A DNA stretch of 64,000 bases from an uncultured Oscillospiraceae bacterium (GCA_904384225.1 CAJFJV010000005.1:6466-70465); one strand, 5' to 3'; positions 9,006 to 19,365 are shown, counted from the stretch's first letter. Translations and numbers: made by a program. Notes: a model not told the origin generated them from the sequence alone.

Positions 9006-9443
9006 TTACAAGTAGACTCCATTGTTTTCAAGTTCATCGATTAAATCCCCCATGATATCGACATTATATGGGGTAATGATAAATGTACTGTTCGCAACTC
9101 TTTTAATCTGCCCGTTATTTGCGTAAGCGACGCCGCTCAAAAAGTCGACAAGACGGCGGGAAAGCTCTTTCGTCGCAGATTCAAGATTCAGTACAACCGT
9201 TTTTTTCGCATTCAGATGATCCGCAATAGTGCTTGCATCTTCAAATTGCTCCGGCTTCACAAGAATAACCTGAAGTTGTGTTGTGGCATGAATATTGACA
9301 ACTTTATTACTTTTTTTAGAACTGCTTTCCCCGTGGGAAGAAGTGCGTTCTTCTTTTTCCGGTATAAAGTCCATGTCTTCTTCCTCCTCGTAATCGTCAT
9401 CGGATGTAACAAACATGTCTTTAAACTTGTCCACAAAGCCCAT
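9006..9443 (-). CDS. sepF: Cell division protein SepF
   Basis: VVLNL..RRLVDFLSG..FIITP; start MGFVDK after GGGAGG. Confidence 0.93.
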   Translation of the reverse strand: MGFVDKFKDMFVTSDDDYEEEEDMDFIPEKEERTSSHGESSSKKSNKVVNIHATTQLQVILVKPEQFEDASTIADHLNAKKTVVLNLESATKELSRRLVDFLSGVAYANNGQIKRVANSTFIITPYNVDIMGDLIDELENNGVYL

Positions 9444-10144
9444 TACGATAACCTCCCATATTCTCTTTTTCCAAAAATAGCGCTGCCGATCCGGATCTCT
9501 GTCGACCCGCAGCAAATCGCATCTTCATAGTCGCCTGACATTCCCATAGAAAGTGTCTCCATTCCCGGATATACCACCTTCATTTTTTCAAATAATTCTC
9601 GCATGCGCAAAAAAGCTGCATGGCTTTCCTCTTGATCGGGAATACACATCAAGCCTTTTAAATGCAGATGGCTGCAATTTTCCACGTACTCAGCTGCTTT
9701 TTGGACTTCCGCACTGGTAAAACCTGTTTTAGATGTTTGAGCAGAAATATTCACTTCCAGTAAAACATCCATACTTCGTCCAATGCGCTTGGCCTGGCGT
9801 TCTATCTCATCAATCAGATGGAAAGAATCCACTGATTCAATACAGCTTACCTTGTCTATTATAACCTTAACCTTATTTGTTTGCAAGTGCCCGATAAAAT
9901 GGATCTGTACACCAGACAGCTGGTAATCGTCATACTTTTCTATCAGTTCCTGTGCGCGGTTCTCTCCAAGAAGGCAGATGCCATCTGCAATCGCTGCATT
10001 AACTAAAAAGGCAGGCACCGTTTTTGTCACTGCCATAATACGGATTTCAGACAGGCTACGCCCTGACTGTGCAGCTGCCCGTGCAGCTTTCTCTCGGACT
10101 ATACGCAGTCCTTCTCGCACCATTTCTTCAGTTCTCTGCATCAT
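9443..10144 (-). CDS. yggS: YggS/YlmE PLP-binding protein
   Basis: AVTKT, GENRAQE, HFIGHLQTNK, LSMGMSGDY, IRIGSAIFG. Confidence 0.95.
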   Translation of the reverse strand: MMQRTEEMVREGLRIVREKAARAAAQSGRSLSEIRIMAVTKTVPAFLVNAAIADGICLLGENRAQELIEKYDDYQLSGVQIHFIGHLQTNKVKVIIDKVSCIESVDSFHLIDEIERQAKRIGRSMDVLLEVNISAQTSKTGFTSAEVQKAAEYVENCSHLHLKGLMCIPDQEESHAAFLRMRELFEKMKVVYPGMETLSMGMSGDYEDAICCGSTEIRIGSAIFGKREYGRLS

Positions 10145-11369
10145 TGAGCTCTTTTCCTTTTATAATAACCTGATCATATGCACTGATATATCCTGACTGT
10201 CCAGTAGCATTGCTGATGATAACGTCATCATCTTCATATATGATATCCAGACTGCGCGCCCTTGCTGAATTTCCAAACATCGCATATACGACTTTTTCCT
10301 GAACCGTGTTCCCTTCTTCATCCGTAGCTGTGCGGATACGCACCGCCTCTTTTGGAATGACGATACCGGAATAAGAGACGGTTTGAACGCGCGGATTTTC
10401 AAAACGCATTGTCAAAAAATCATTATCCATATCCATTCCAGAAAAAATAACAACAGCTTTTTCTGCATTTTCTTCCGTAATGATCCGTTCAACCGTCACC
10501 GATGTTTCCTTTCCCGCAGCAGCTGCAAACGAAAATGTTTCCGTTGCCCCTTCTTTAAAGATGGCGGCTTCTGAAGCGGGAACAACAGCAACAAATTTCC
10601 ATCCGTTCGAATATGTCATTTTCCCAATCACATTTTCTGCCGTTTGGGATGACACAGACGCAGCCAGCATTTCTTCCGCATCCGCCACCGTTAAGTTCTC
10701 AAGTGAAGAAAAGCTAAACTTCTCTTCCAAGCCGTCTGTCGTGCTGCAAAAATAACCGGAACGCTCTGTTTTAACGGAACCGACCGCATTAGGAATCTGG
10801 GATTGCAGGGAAGCAATTTCACTGTCAATATCTCCAATAACGTTCGTTATATTTAAATCCTCTCCGATACAGAGCGCATATTGGTTCAAACAGAGCAATA
10901 TTTCATTGCTTAAACTGTCGATGTTGGATAAATCTCCCGTATCTACTGCGCGCATAAGCGAATATTTTGCATCCGCTAACTGTTGGCTAACCAAATCAAT
11001 TTTCAGGCCTTCCCCGCCTGTGCTGTTCTGAAGTTGATTTAGAATATCGCGTTGTTGGGTTAAGGCATCAATCTTTTCTAACGCATAAAGATCGGCTTCC
11101 TTTTCGTAAATGCGGGCTATCTCCGCATTGATCGGAACCTTTTCCCCACTTTTATACTGATATCCTATAATGCCGCTTTGCCCTGTTTTCAACACTGCTT
11201 CATCACGTACGAAAAAGCCTTCCAATTCTAAGCTTTTCGTGTATGTCTCTTCTTTTACAACTACTGTTTCATATGGTTCATATGCAACAAGATAAGCCTG
11301 ATAGCCTATGTAAATCAAAAGCAGAAGCGAAAAAAAGGCAATCAGCAGCTTTTTTCCTACCGGTTTCAT
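10128..11369 (-). CDS. Membrane-anchored HlyD/membrane-fusion-like protein (clostridial, upstream of yggS)
   Basis: N-terminal TM, barrel-sandwich-like 'GEKVP..IARIY', central coiled coil, 'SGYF...DGLE', 'GIVIPKEA'. Confidence 0.7.
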   Translation of the reverse strand: MKPVGKKLLIAFFSLLLLIYIGYQAYLVAYEPYETVVVKEETYTKSLELEGFFVRDEAVLKTGQSGIIGYQYKSGEKVPINAEIARIYEKEADLYALEKIDALTQQRDILNQLQNSTGGEGLKIDLVSQQLADAKYSLMRAVDTGDLSNIDSLSNEILLCLNQYALCIGEDLNITNVIGDIDSEIASLQSQIPNAVGSVKTERSGYFCSTTDGLEEKFSFSSLENLTVADAEEMLAASVSSQTAENVIGKMTYSNGWKFVAVVPASEAAIFKEGATETFSFAAAAGKETSVTVERIITEENAEKAVVIFSGMDMDNDFLTMRFENPRVQTVSYSGIVIPKEAVRIRTATDEEGNTVQEKVVYAMFGNSARARSLDIIYEDDDVIISNATGQSGYISAYDQVIIKGKELNDAEN

Positions 11370-11376
11370 AACAAAA

Positions 11377-11628
11377 CTATTCTTCAGGCTCCGTGTCAGC
11401 AGCTGTCATAAACGAAATCGGCTTTGCAGGAGCAATAGTCGATACTGCATGCTTATATACAAGATTCTGCTTCCCATCGCAATCCAAAACAACGGTATAG
11501 CTGTCAAATCCGCGGACAATGCCTTTGAATTGAAAGCCATTCATCAGAAAAATCGTAACAGGAATTTTCTCTATTCGCGCCTGATTTAAAAATACATCTT
11601 GCAAATTGATGCTCTTCATGAGACTCAT
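11377..11628 (-). CDS. hfq: RNA chaperone Hfq
   Basis: [27 protein letters not shown]; downstream of miaA (start may be 11619). Confidence 0.96.
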   Translation of the reverse strand: MSLMKSINLQDVFLNQARIEKIPVTIFLMNGFQFKGIVRGFDSYTVVLDCDGKQNLVYKHAVSTIAPAKPISFMTAADTEPEE

Positions 11629-11680
11629 CCATCCCTTTCTTTATCTATAACGGGCATTTCCAGCCTGTTATTTTATCATA

Positions 11681-12616
11681 TCATACTTCCAAAAACATTT
11701 CTACCAAAACAAAAACTTTTTTTATCAATTCCGTCATTTCCTCTTCATCCGGATAGAACCATTGTATGTCCGGATCCCGTAAAAACCATGTCAGCTGCCG
11801 TTTTGCATAGTGCCTTGTCGACTGTTTCAGTTTTGCAATGCATTCTTCAAGCTGCGCCTCTCCATCCAAGTAAGGCCGTAACTCCTTATAGCCAATTGCC
11901 TGCACCGCTGTTTGCATGGAACAAGACAGCACACTTTTTGCCTCTTCTAAAAGCCCCCGCTCCATCATCAAATCTACACGCCGGTCTATCCGGCTATATA
12001 AGAGCGGCCTGCTTTTATAATTCAATCCAACCTTAAGCGCTCTATATCGGCTCGGTCCGTTCCTGCTCCGGCGCTGTTGTTCCGTCATTGTGATGCCGGT
12101 CAATTCATAAACCTCCAATGCACGGACAATCCGTCCGACATTGTTTTCATGGATTCGCGATGCAGCATCGGGATCGACGTCACGAAGCCGTTTTAAAAGA
12201 GCCGCATTGCCTTTTTCTTCGGCAAACCGATATAAAGATTTACGCAAATCCGGATCCGTCCGAATTTCCGTAAATACGATGTCGTTTACTACCGAATCCA
12301 CGTAAAGGCCGGTCCCGCCAACTAAAATCGGCAGTTTCCCGCGTGATCTGATATCTGCAATCGTCTTATGCGCCAACAAAGCATAATCTGCAACGGAAAA
12401 AGGCTCCGATGGGTTTAAAAAATCGATCAGATGATGAACAACCCCATCTTGTTCCAACAAATCCGGTTTTGCAGTTGCAATATCCATGCCGCGATAAACC
12501 TGCATACTGTCTGCTGAAACAATCTCCCCGTCAAAACGTTTGGCGATTTGAATGCCGAGAGCTGTCTTGCCAGAGGCGGTGGGCCCCACTACTGCAACAA
12601 GCGGTATTTTTTCCAT
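11681..12616 (-). CDS. miaA: tRNA dimethylallyltransferase
   Basis: GPTASGKT, DSMQVYRGMDIATAK, GGTGLY, YAKRQLTW. Confidence 0.97.
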   Translation of the reverse strand: MEKIPLVAVVGPTASGKTALGIQIAKRFDGEIVSADSMQVYRGMDIATAKPDLLEQDGVVHHLIDFLNPSEPFSVADYALLAHKTIADIRSRGKLPILVGGTGLYVDSVVNDIVFTEIRTDPDLRKSLYRFAEEKGNAALLKRLRDVDPDAASRIHENNVGRIVRALEVYELTGITMTEQQRRSRNGPSRYRALKVGLNYKSRPLLYSRIDRRVDLMMERGLLEEAKSVLSCSMQTAVQAIGYKELRPYLDGEAQLEECIAKLKQSTRHYAKRQLTWFLRDPDIQWFYPDEEEMTELIKKVFVLVEMFLEV

Positions 12617-12633
12617 ATCCAGATCTCCTTGGT

Positions 12634-14601
12634 CTATTGAATCCGTCCGAACCGATGCTCTAATTCGCTTTTATCAAAAGCGATAACAACCGGCCGTCCG
12701 TGCGGACAGTGCCGTAACTCTCCATTTTGGATCACCATATGCAAAAGCGCTTCCAGCTCTGGCAGCGTAGTCGTATCGTTTGCCTTTATTGCAGCACGGC
12801 ACGCCATCGAGTGGAGCAAATCTTCATAAAGTGCAGCCGTTACTGATTTGCGGTTTTCAGACAGTTTTTCTGTTATATCAAGGAACAGCGCTTTCTGATC
12901 CGCTTCAGCCAAAACAAGCGGCACCTCTCGAATTAGGAATGAACGTTCACCAAACACCTCATAGGAAAAGCCAAGGGAAGCCAGCAGGTCATGATTTTCC
13001 TCCAACAGCTGAAATTCTTCTGCTGAAACGTTCACTACAATTGGCGTAAGCAGGATCTGCCGCTCCTCCATTTTAACTGAACGTTTAAGCTTTTCATACA
13101 AAATCCGTTCATGTGCCGCATGCTTGTCTAAAAGGAAAAGCTGATTTTCTCCTTCAAAAAGCACATACGTCCGGAATAGCTCGCCAATCATCCGATAAGA
13201 AGATGTAAAATCTTTTTCCTTGCTGCCGCTTGCTTTTTCTTCATCTATCCCTTCTTCTTGTAATGACTGCACACTGTCCGTCTGTACTTCTGGAACAATC
13301 GTAATGTTTTTTTCGTTCAATTTCTGCGCAATATCCGGTTTTCGTACCAAATCTTCAGCCTTAATATAAGAAAATGCGGAGCGATCCAATGGCGGCTTAG
13401 CAGAACCTGTTTTCTGTGCATGATATCCGGCAGCTGGACTCGCAACCCGTCGGGAAGCTGTATACGCTTCCGCTCGCAGATACGGGCTCTGTTTTTCGTC
13501 CGCAGATATCTTCATTACAGTCTGCTCTGTTTCCTCAGCCTTAAATGTGCTTAGAAGATTGGCATCCGACAGCGGTTTTTTTTGAAGGGAAGTTTCCGCT
13601 CGCTTTAATATATCTTCTTTTCCTACAGCAGAGCGTACAGCAAACAAAATCGCGTCGTATACTGCCCGTTCGTCTATAAACCGCACTTCCGTTTTTGCCG
13701 GATGTACATTCACGTCCACCATTTCAAACGGCAGGGAGATATTCAAAACGCAGGATGGATATTTTCCTACCATCATTTTCCCCTGATATCCTTCTTCCAG
13801 TGCCGCTGCACAGAGCTTTGAACGGATATAACGCCGGTTGACAAAAAAATGCTGCATTGAACGGTTCGGCCTTCCCGCCCGTGTACCACAGACAAAACCT
13901 GATACAGAAACACCATTTATTCCATAATCCACTGATATCATCCCGTCAGCGAATTCCCGCCCGAATACAGCATGAATTGCAGACAACAAACTCCCGTCTC
14001 CCGGTGTATGCAGCCGTGTTTTGTGGTCTTGGATGTATTTAAATGAAATCTCCGGATGCGATAATGCAATTTTATCCATAATCCCACTGATGACAGCAGT
14101 TTCTGTCGTATCTTTTTTTAAAAATTTCAGACGCGCTGGAACATTGTAAAATAGATCCCGTACTACAATCGTTGTCCCGTCGGCGCATCCTGCTTCCTCA
14201 AAGTCAGTTTGTACTCCACCCTCTATATTGATACGTGCGCCCAAAATTTGTTCCCGCTGTTTTGTCATCAAATTGACCCTTGCAACCGCTGCAATGGAAG
14301 CAAGCGCTTCCCCTCGGAATCCGAGCGTACCAATCGCCGTCAAATCATCACTTATTTGAACTTTACTGGTAGCATGGCGTAAAAAGGCTGTCGGGACGTC
14401 ATCCGGCTCCATTCCCGTACCATTATCCGTGACACGAATATAGGAAATCCCGCCGTGACGTATTTCCACTGTAACAGCCGATGCAGAAGCATCAATGGCA
14501 TTTTCAAGCAATTCCTTGACAATTGAAGCCGGACGCTCTACAACCTCTCCTGCTGCAATCAATTCCGCGACTTCACGGCTCAATACATGAATTTTCGCCA
14601 C
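12634..14601 (-). CDS. mutL: DNA mismatch repair endonuclease MutL
   Basis: IAAGEVVERP, GFRGEALAS, DKHAAHER, ACR, CPHGRP; GTG start at 14601 after GGAGG. Confidence 0.96.
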   Translation of the reverse strand: MAKIHVLSREVAELIAAGEVVERPASIVKELLENAIDASASAVTVEIRHGGISYIRVTDNGTGMEPDDVPTAFLRHATSKVQISDDLTAIGTLGFRGEALASIAAVARVNLMTKQREQILGARINIEGGVQTDFEEAGCADGTTIVVRDLFYNVPARLKFLKKDTTETAVISGIMDKIALSHPEISFKYIQDHKTRLHTPGDGSLLSAIHAVFGREFADGMISVDYGINGVSVSGFVCGTRAGRPNRSMQHFFVNRRYIRSKLCAAALEEGYQGKMMVGKYPSCVLNISLPFEMVDVNVHPAKTEVRFIDERAVYDAILFAVRSAVGKEDILKRAETSLQKKPLSDANLLSTFKAEETEQTVMKISADEKQSPYLRAEAYTASRRVASPAAGYHAQKTGSAKPPLDRSAFSYIKAEDLVRKPDIAQKLNEKNITIVPEVQTDSVQSLQEEGIDEEKASGSKEKDFTSSYRMIGELFRTYVLFEGENQLFLLDKHAAHERILYEKLKRSVKMEERQILLTPIVVNVSAEEFQLLEENHDLLASLGFSYEVFGERSFLIREVPLVLAEADQKALFLDITEKLSENRKSVTAALYEDLLHSMACRAAIKANDTTTLPELEALLHMVIQNGELRHCPHGRPVVIAFDKSELEHRFGRIQ

Positions 14602-14625
14602 AACGCTCCCTCCTTCTTTCGCCAC

Positions 14626-17226
14626 TTATAACATTTTTTTTAATTCATACAACTTATTCAAAGCCTCAATCGGTGTGAGTGTGTCAAGATCAACTGCCGC
14701 AACCGCTTCGCGCAACGGATTTTCCTGCTGAACGGAAAATAAGCCAAGCTGCTGCGGCTCTTCTTGCTTGTCCGCTGAAGACGGCGCGACAGCAGGAACA
14801 ACGGACAATTCCTGCAAAAAGATTTTTGCCGCATCTACAACAGAATCCGGCACACCGGCAAGTTTTGCAACCTCTATCCCGTAGCTTTCATCTGCACCGC
14901 CTCTTACGATTTTACGAAGAAACGTAATATCATCACCGCGTTTTTTCACAGCAATATTATAGTTGCGCACGCCCGGATAGGTCCCTTCCATATCCGTAAG
15001 CTCATGATAATGTGTCGCAAACAGCGTTTTACAGCCAAGCTTTTTATTGTTGACCAGTTCCGCCACTACCGCCTTTGCAATACTCATACCATCAAACGTC
15101 GACGTACCGCGACCGATTTCATCTAAAATCACAAGGCTTTTTGGCGTAGCACGTTTTAAAATATGTGCAACCTCACTCATCTCAACCATAAACGTCGATT
15201 GTCCGGCCGCCAGATCATCAGATGCACCAACGCGCGTGAATACCTGATCACAAATTGAGATAGAAGCGCTGTCCGCAGGTACAAAACTGCCGATCTGCGC
15301 CATTATCACAATCAAAGCTACCTGCCGCATATATGTAGATTTTCCCGCCATATTAGGGCCTGTGATAATCATCATTCGATTTTCCGCTGTATCCAAAAGC
15401 GTGTCATTGGGAACGAACAAGGCGTCCTTAAGCATCTGTTCCACTACAGGATGCCTTCCATTTTTTATCTGTATCCGCCCATCCATCGTAATTTCCGGAC
15501 ATACGTAGCGGTTTTCAGCCGCCGTTTCACTTAAAGCGGCAATGAAATCAAGCATGGAAATGGCATCTGCAGTTTGTTGGATTTGTGGTGTTTTCGTTGC
15601 TACAAAGTGCCGCACCTCATTAAAAATTTCCGCTTCCAATGCAACGCTTTTTTCAGTTGCTGTAAGCACTTTTGTTTCCAGATCTTTTAATTCCTGTGTA
15701 ATATATCGCTCACAATTCGCAAGCGTTTGCTTTCGGATATACGTCTGTGGTACAAGGTTTTGGTAGGAGCGCGTCACTTCGATGTAATAGCCGAATACGC
15801 GATTATAACCGATTTTCAAATTTTTTATACCTGTCGCTTCACGCTCACGCTCTTCAATAGCTGCAATATATTCTTTAGAATGATCCCGCACGTTATGATA
15901 GTCATCGAGCTCTTGATTAAATCCGGCGCGAATCACGCCGCCTTCTTTCAACGTTACGGGCGGTTCCTCACAGATTGCATTCTCAATCAGTGCGCAGACA
16001 TCTTCAAGCGGTTCGATCCGCTCATGAATTCTCGACAAATAATCAGAGGAAAACGTTTCCGTCAAAGCCTTCAGCGTCGGAAGTTCTGCAAGCGTATAAG
16101 CAAGCGAGCGCAGCTCCCGCGGATTTACCGTACCATAAATTACACGGGTCATCAGCCGTTCAAGATCATAAACATGCGATAAAGCCGTCCGGATCTCCTC
16201 TCGTTTTGCGCCATCTTCCAAAAGCGCGCGAATTGCTGTCTGCCGTTTGGTAATCTCAGCTGCATTCATAAGAGGTTGTTCTACGGCCTTACGGATATAT
16301 CGTTTTCCCATTGCCGTTTTTGTCCGATCCAGTACCCAAAGCAACGTACCGCGTTTTTCTTTTGCACGCATTGTCTCCGTCAATTCAAGATTCCGCCGAG
16401 CCGTGAGATCAAGCCCCATATATTCGTCTTCACGATAAAGCTTCACCGTACTCAAGCGCTTGGCCCCATCTTTCTGTGTCGAGCCAATATACCGGATCAG
16501 TGCCCCAAGAGCCTGGACTGCAAGCGGCTTGTCCCCAATACCAAGCTGTTCAAGCGTCTGTCCCGCAAAATGAGAAAGGATGATTTTGGCACAATCTGCA
16601 TAGCGCATTTCTTCCTGCGTATACATCTCGCACACACAGGAAAGTTTATCCTTAATAAAGGTACCGACTTCTTTATAAGAGACCATTGCCTCATTAAATA
16701 AAATTTCACTCGGAGAAAACCGGGAAAGCTCGCCTATTAGTTCCGCCGAGAGATCCTTTGCCTTTTGCTGTGTCAGATAAACATCCCCAGTAGAAATATC
16801 CGCAAAACAGACGGAAAACGAACGCTTTTCCACTACAATTGATGCAATATAATTGTTGCGTTCCTCGTTCAAAAAGCTATTTTCAATAACCGTACCGGGT
16901 GTGATCAGCCGTACGACATCACGTTTGACTAACCCTTTTGCCAAAGCAGGATTTTCAAGCTGCTCGCAAATTGCCACCTTATAGCCGCGCTCGATTAACT
17001 TTTTGATATATGTTTCTGCGGAATGGTAAGGTATCCCACACATCGGCGCCCGTTCAGGCAGACCGCAATCCCGCCCGGTCAGCGTCAGTTCCAGCTCTTT
17101 TGAAATTTTAACCGCATCGTCAAAAAACATTTCATAAAAATCGCCGAGGCGAAAAAAGAGAACGTGGTCTTTATGCGCTGCTTTAATGTCAAGATATTGC
17201 TGCATCATCGGGGACAAATTTGCCAA
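14626..17226 (-). CDS. mutS: DNA mismatch repair protein MutS
   Basis: PMMQQY, GDFYEMF, GPNMAGKSTY, STFMVEM, DEIGRGT, FATHYHEL; TTG start at 17226 after AGGAGG. Confidence 0.96.
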   Translation of the reverse strand: MANLSPMMQQYLDIKAAHKDHVLFFRLGDFYEMFFDDAVKISKELELTLTGRDCGLPERAPMCGIPYHSAETYIKKLIERGYKVAICEQLENPALAKGLVKRDVVRLITPGTVIENSFLNEERNNYIASIVVEKRSFSVCFADISTGDVYLTQQKAKDLSAELIGELSRFSPSEILFNEAMVSYKEVGTFIKDKLSCVCEMYTQEEMRYADCAKIILSHFAGQTLEQLGIGDKPLAVQALGALIRYIGSTQKDGAKRLSTVKLYREDEYMGLDLTARRNLELTETMRAKEKRGTLLWVLDRTKTAMGKRYIRKAVEQPLMNAAEITKRQTAIRALLEDGAKREEIRTALSHVYDLERLMTRVIYGTVNPRELRSLAYTLAELPTLKALTETFSSDYLSRIHERIEPLEDVCALIENAICEEPPVTLKEGGVIRAGFNQELDDYHNVRDHSKEYIAAIEEREREATGIKNLKIGYNRVFGYYIEVTRSYQNLVPQTYIRKQTLANCERYITQELKDLETKVLTATEKSVALEAEIFNEVRHFVATKTPQIQQTADAISMLDFIAALSETAAENRYVCPEITMDGRIQIKNGRHPVVEQMLKDALFVPNDTLLDTAENRMMIITGPNMAGKSTYMRQVALIVIMAQIGSFVPADSASISICDQVFTRVGASDDLAAGQSTFMVEMSEVAHILKRATPKSLVILDEIGRGTSTFDGMSIAKAVVAELVNNKKLGCKTLFATHYHELTDMEGTYPGVRNYNIAVKKRGDDITFLRKIVRGGADESYGIEVAKLAGVPDSVVDAAKIFLQELSVVPAVAPSSADKQEEPQQLGLFSVQQENPLREAVAAVDLDTLTPIEALNKLYELKKML

Positions 17227-17256
17227 AATGCTTTCCTCCTTACATGATATCGTTTC

Positions 17257-17331
17257 GACATTCGGATACACAACAATGTCACACTGTTGTGTATCCGAAT
17301 GTCCCCAAGCTGAATAGAACAGCTTGGGGAC
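17257..17331 (-). other. Tandem intergenic stem-loops between ylbF and mutS
   Basis: Perfect 19-bp inverted repeat (17257-17275/17285-17303) and a 12-bp inverted repeat (17301-17312/17320-17331). Confidence 0.7.
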
Positions 17332-17341
17332 GGACTTTAGT

Positions 17342-17749
17342 TTAATGGCAGCCGCCGCAGGTCGAACAGCTTCCGCTGCATCCCTGCGGAGTCGGATCAC
17401 AAGTTTCCGGATCTTCGCCGTTCACACAAAGCATCAGAATTCCGCTGATACGCTGCATCATATCATCAACTTCCTGTTTGGCAATATTAAATGCCATCAT
17501 ATTCGGATTTCCCATAACCGTAGCATAGGTATCTTTCAGTTCTTGATCAAGCGTCTTAATCTTTTCTGAATCCTGTGTTTCATTCTGCATTTCATTTGAC
17601 AGCTTAATGCGGATCATATTAAATTTTTCAATCAATTCCTGCAACTGCATATCTGCATCATTTGCAGCTTTTGCCGCCGCTAAAGCTTTGTATTGATCGC
17701 TTTCCTGAATTGCTTTCCCCATGTCCCTTGCCATTTTTTCTAAATCCAT
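17342..17749 (-). CDS. YlbF/YmcA (Ric)-family regulator with Cys-rich C-terminus
   Basis: Helical Com_YlbF pattern, C-terminal CSGSCSTCGGCH; between miaB and mutS. Confidence 0.85.
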   Translation of the reverse strand: MDLEKMARDMGKAIQESDQYKALAAAKAANDADMQLQELIEKFNMIRIKLSNEMQNETQDSEKIKTLDQELKDTYATVMGNPNMMAFNIAKQEVDDMMQRISGILMLCVNGEDPETCDPTPQGCSGSCSTCGGCH

Positions 17750-17765
17750 TTGTTTTTCCTCCTGT

Positions 17766-19193
17766 TTATTTATCTGGCACACGCTCTCCCAAGAGCGCCC
17801 AGTTTAAAGATTTTGTAACCTTTACTGTAACAAATTTCCCGATATCTTCCGGTTTGCCGTTATAGTCAACAATCATATAGCCATCATTTCGACCGGAATA
17901 ATAAGCCGGACCTGACCTGCCCGGCCCGTCGACCAAAATGCGGTATGTTTTTCCAACGAAATTGCGATATCGCGCTGCGCCAATTTCTTTTTCAAGTGCG
18001 ATCAGACGGTTAAATCGTTCCGATTTTTCTTCCTGCGAAGTAGGGTCTTCCATTGAGGCCGCCTTTGTCCCTATGCGTTTAGAATAAATAAAAGAAAAAA
18101 GAGAATCAAACTGCACTTCTTTTAACAACTGGAGCGTCCCTTCAAAGTCCTCTTCCGTTTCGCCTGGAAACCCCACAATAATATCGCTTGTAAAGGAAAT
18201 GTCCGGGATCTTTTCTTTAGCATACTGGACAAGTTTCATATAATCCGCGACAGTATACCCACGATTCATCAATTTTAGAATGCGGTCACTTCCACACTGC
18301 ACAGGCAGATGGAAATGTTTGCATACTTTATCACACGCCGCAATCGTATCAATTAACTCCAAAGTTGCGTCTTTTGGATGGGAAGACATGAATCGAATTC
18401 GGAAATCTCCCGGCACAGCATTCAGCATCCGCAGAAGCTTTGCAAAATTGATATCTTCCTCTAAACCCTTTCCATAAGAATTTACATTTTGGCCAAGCAA
18501 AGTAATTTCCTTGTATCCATCATCAACAAGCGAACGGAACTCCGCCAGAATATCTGCACTTTTTCTGCTCTTCTCACGCCCGCGTACATAAGGCACAATA
18601 CAGTAAGAACAGAAATTGTTGCAGCCACTCATGATCGGCAGCCAAGCTTTAAAAGCTTGGTCCCGCCGGACAGGCAATCCCTCTGCAACACCTTCCCCAG
18701 TTTCCGAAATATTCTGGATATGCCTTTTTTCTGCTAAAACTGCATATAGCATCTCAGGCAGTTTGTTCAGCACATGCGGACCAAATAATAAATCCACATA
18801 CGGATAGCTTTTCCTAATCTTTTCTGCAATATGCGGCTGCTGAACCATACATCCACATACACATAACACCAATTCGTCATCCCGCATACGCTGGTGCTTC
18901 ATTGCGCCAATTGCGCCCAATACCCGATCTTCCGCATTCTCACGCACAGCACAGGTATTCAATAAAATCAAATTGGCATTTCGCACATCATCAGTAAAGC
19001 CATAGCCCATCTCTGCCAGCATACCCTTGATTTTTTCCCCGTCGCTTACATTCTGTTGGCATCCATATGTATGTACATATGCGAGCGGTATATTTTCCTG
19101 ATAGCGCCGTTCTAAAAAGGAACGAACTAAGTCTACCGCTTCGCCATAAGAGACATTGGCCGTCGTTTGATTTTGTTTTATTTCTTTTTTCAA
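17766..19193 (-). CDS. miaB: tRNA methylthiotransferase MiaB
   Basis: TYGCQQN, NTCAVRENAE, radical SAM CNNFCSYC, C-terminal TRAM domain. Confidence 0.96.
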   Translation of the reverse strand: MKKEIKQNQTTANVSYGEAVDLVRSFLERRYQENIPLAYVHTYGCQQNVSDGEKIKGMLAEMGYGFTDDVRNANLILLNTCAVRENAEDRVLGAIGAMKHQRMRDDELVLCVCGCMVQQPHIAEKIRKSYPYVDLLFGPHVLNKLPEMLYAVLAEKRHIQNISETGEGVAEGLPVRRDQAFKAWLPIMSGCNNFCSYCIVPYVRGREKSRKSADILAEFRSLVDDGYKEITLLGQNVNSYGKGLEEDINFAKLLRMLNAVPGDFRIRFMSSHPKDATLELIDTIAACDKVCKHFHLPVQCGSDRILKLMNRGYTVADYMKLVQYAKEKIPDISFTSDIIVGFPGETEEDFEGTLQLLKEVQFDSLFSFIYSKRIGTKAASMEDPTSQEEKSERFNRLIALEKEIGAARYRNFVGKTYRILVDGPGRSGPAYYSGRNDGYMIVDYNGKPEDIGKFVTVKVTKSLNWALLGERVPDK

Positions 19194-19313
19194 TATAAAA
19201 AACGCTCCTGATTACATATTTAAGAGATTGGCCTTGTAAATGCGGCGATCCTATGGGACAATCAATCGTTGTTGTCTGTCGCGGCCTTCAGAGCCAATTC
19301 ACCAAACATTTAT

Positions 19314-19342
19314 ATTATACCACATTCGTGGGATTTTGAAAA
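19314..19342 (-). promoter_or_regulatory. Extended -10 promoter of the miaB-ylbF-mutSL-miaA operon
   Basis: TTTTCA-17-TATAAT with TG extension. Confidence 0.6.
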
Positions 19343-19365
19343 CAAAAAATCGACATGTTTAAAAA

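Noticed and set aside
14593-14625. 9-nt direct repeat GTGGCGAAA around the mutL start
   Set aside because: Short, flanks the SD and only creates an alternative start; no sign of a functional repeat
17254-17260. Spo0A-box match TGTCGAA upstream of mutS
   Set aside because: Single 7-mer, expected by chance in 64 kb, overlapping a hairpin arm with no promoter nearby
17227-17400. 58-aa N-terminal extension of MutS in the ORF track
   Set aside because: It runs through the ylbF stop and intergenic hairpins; a strong SD supports the TTG at 17226
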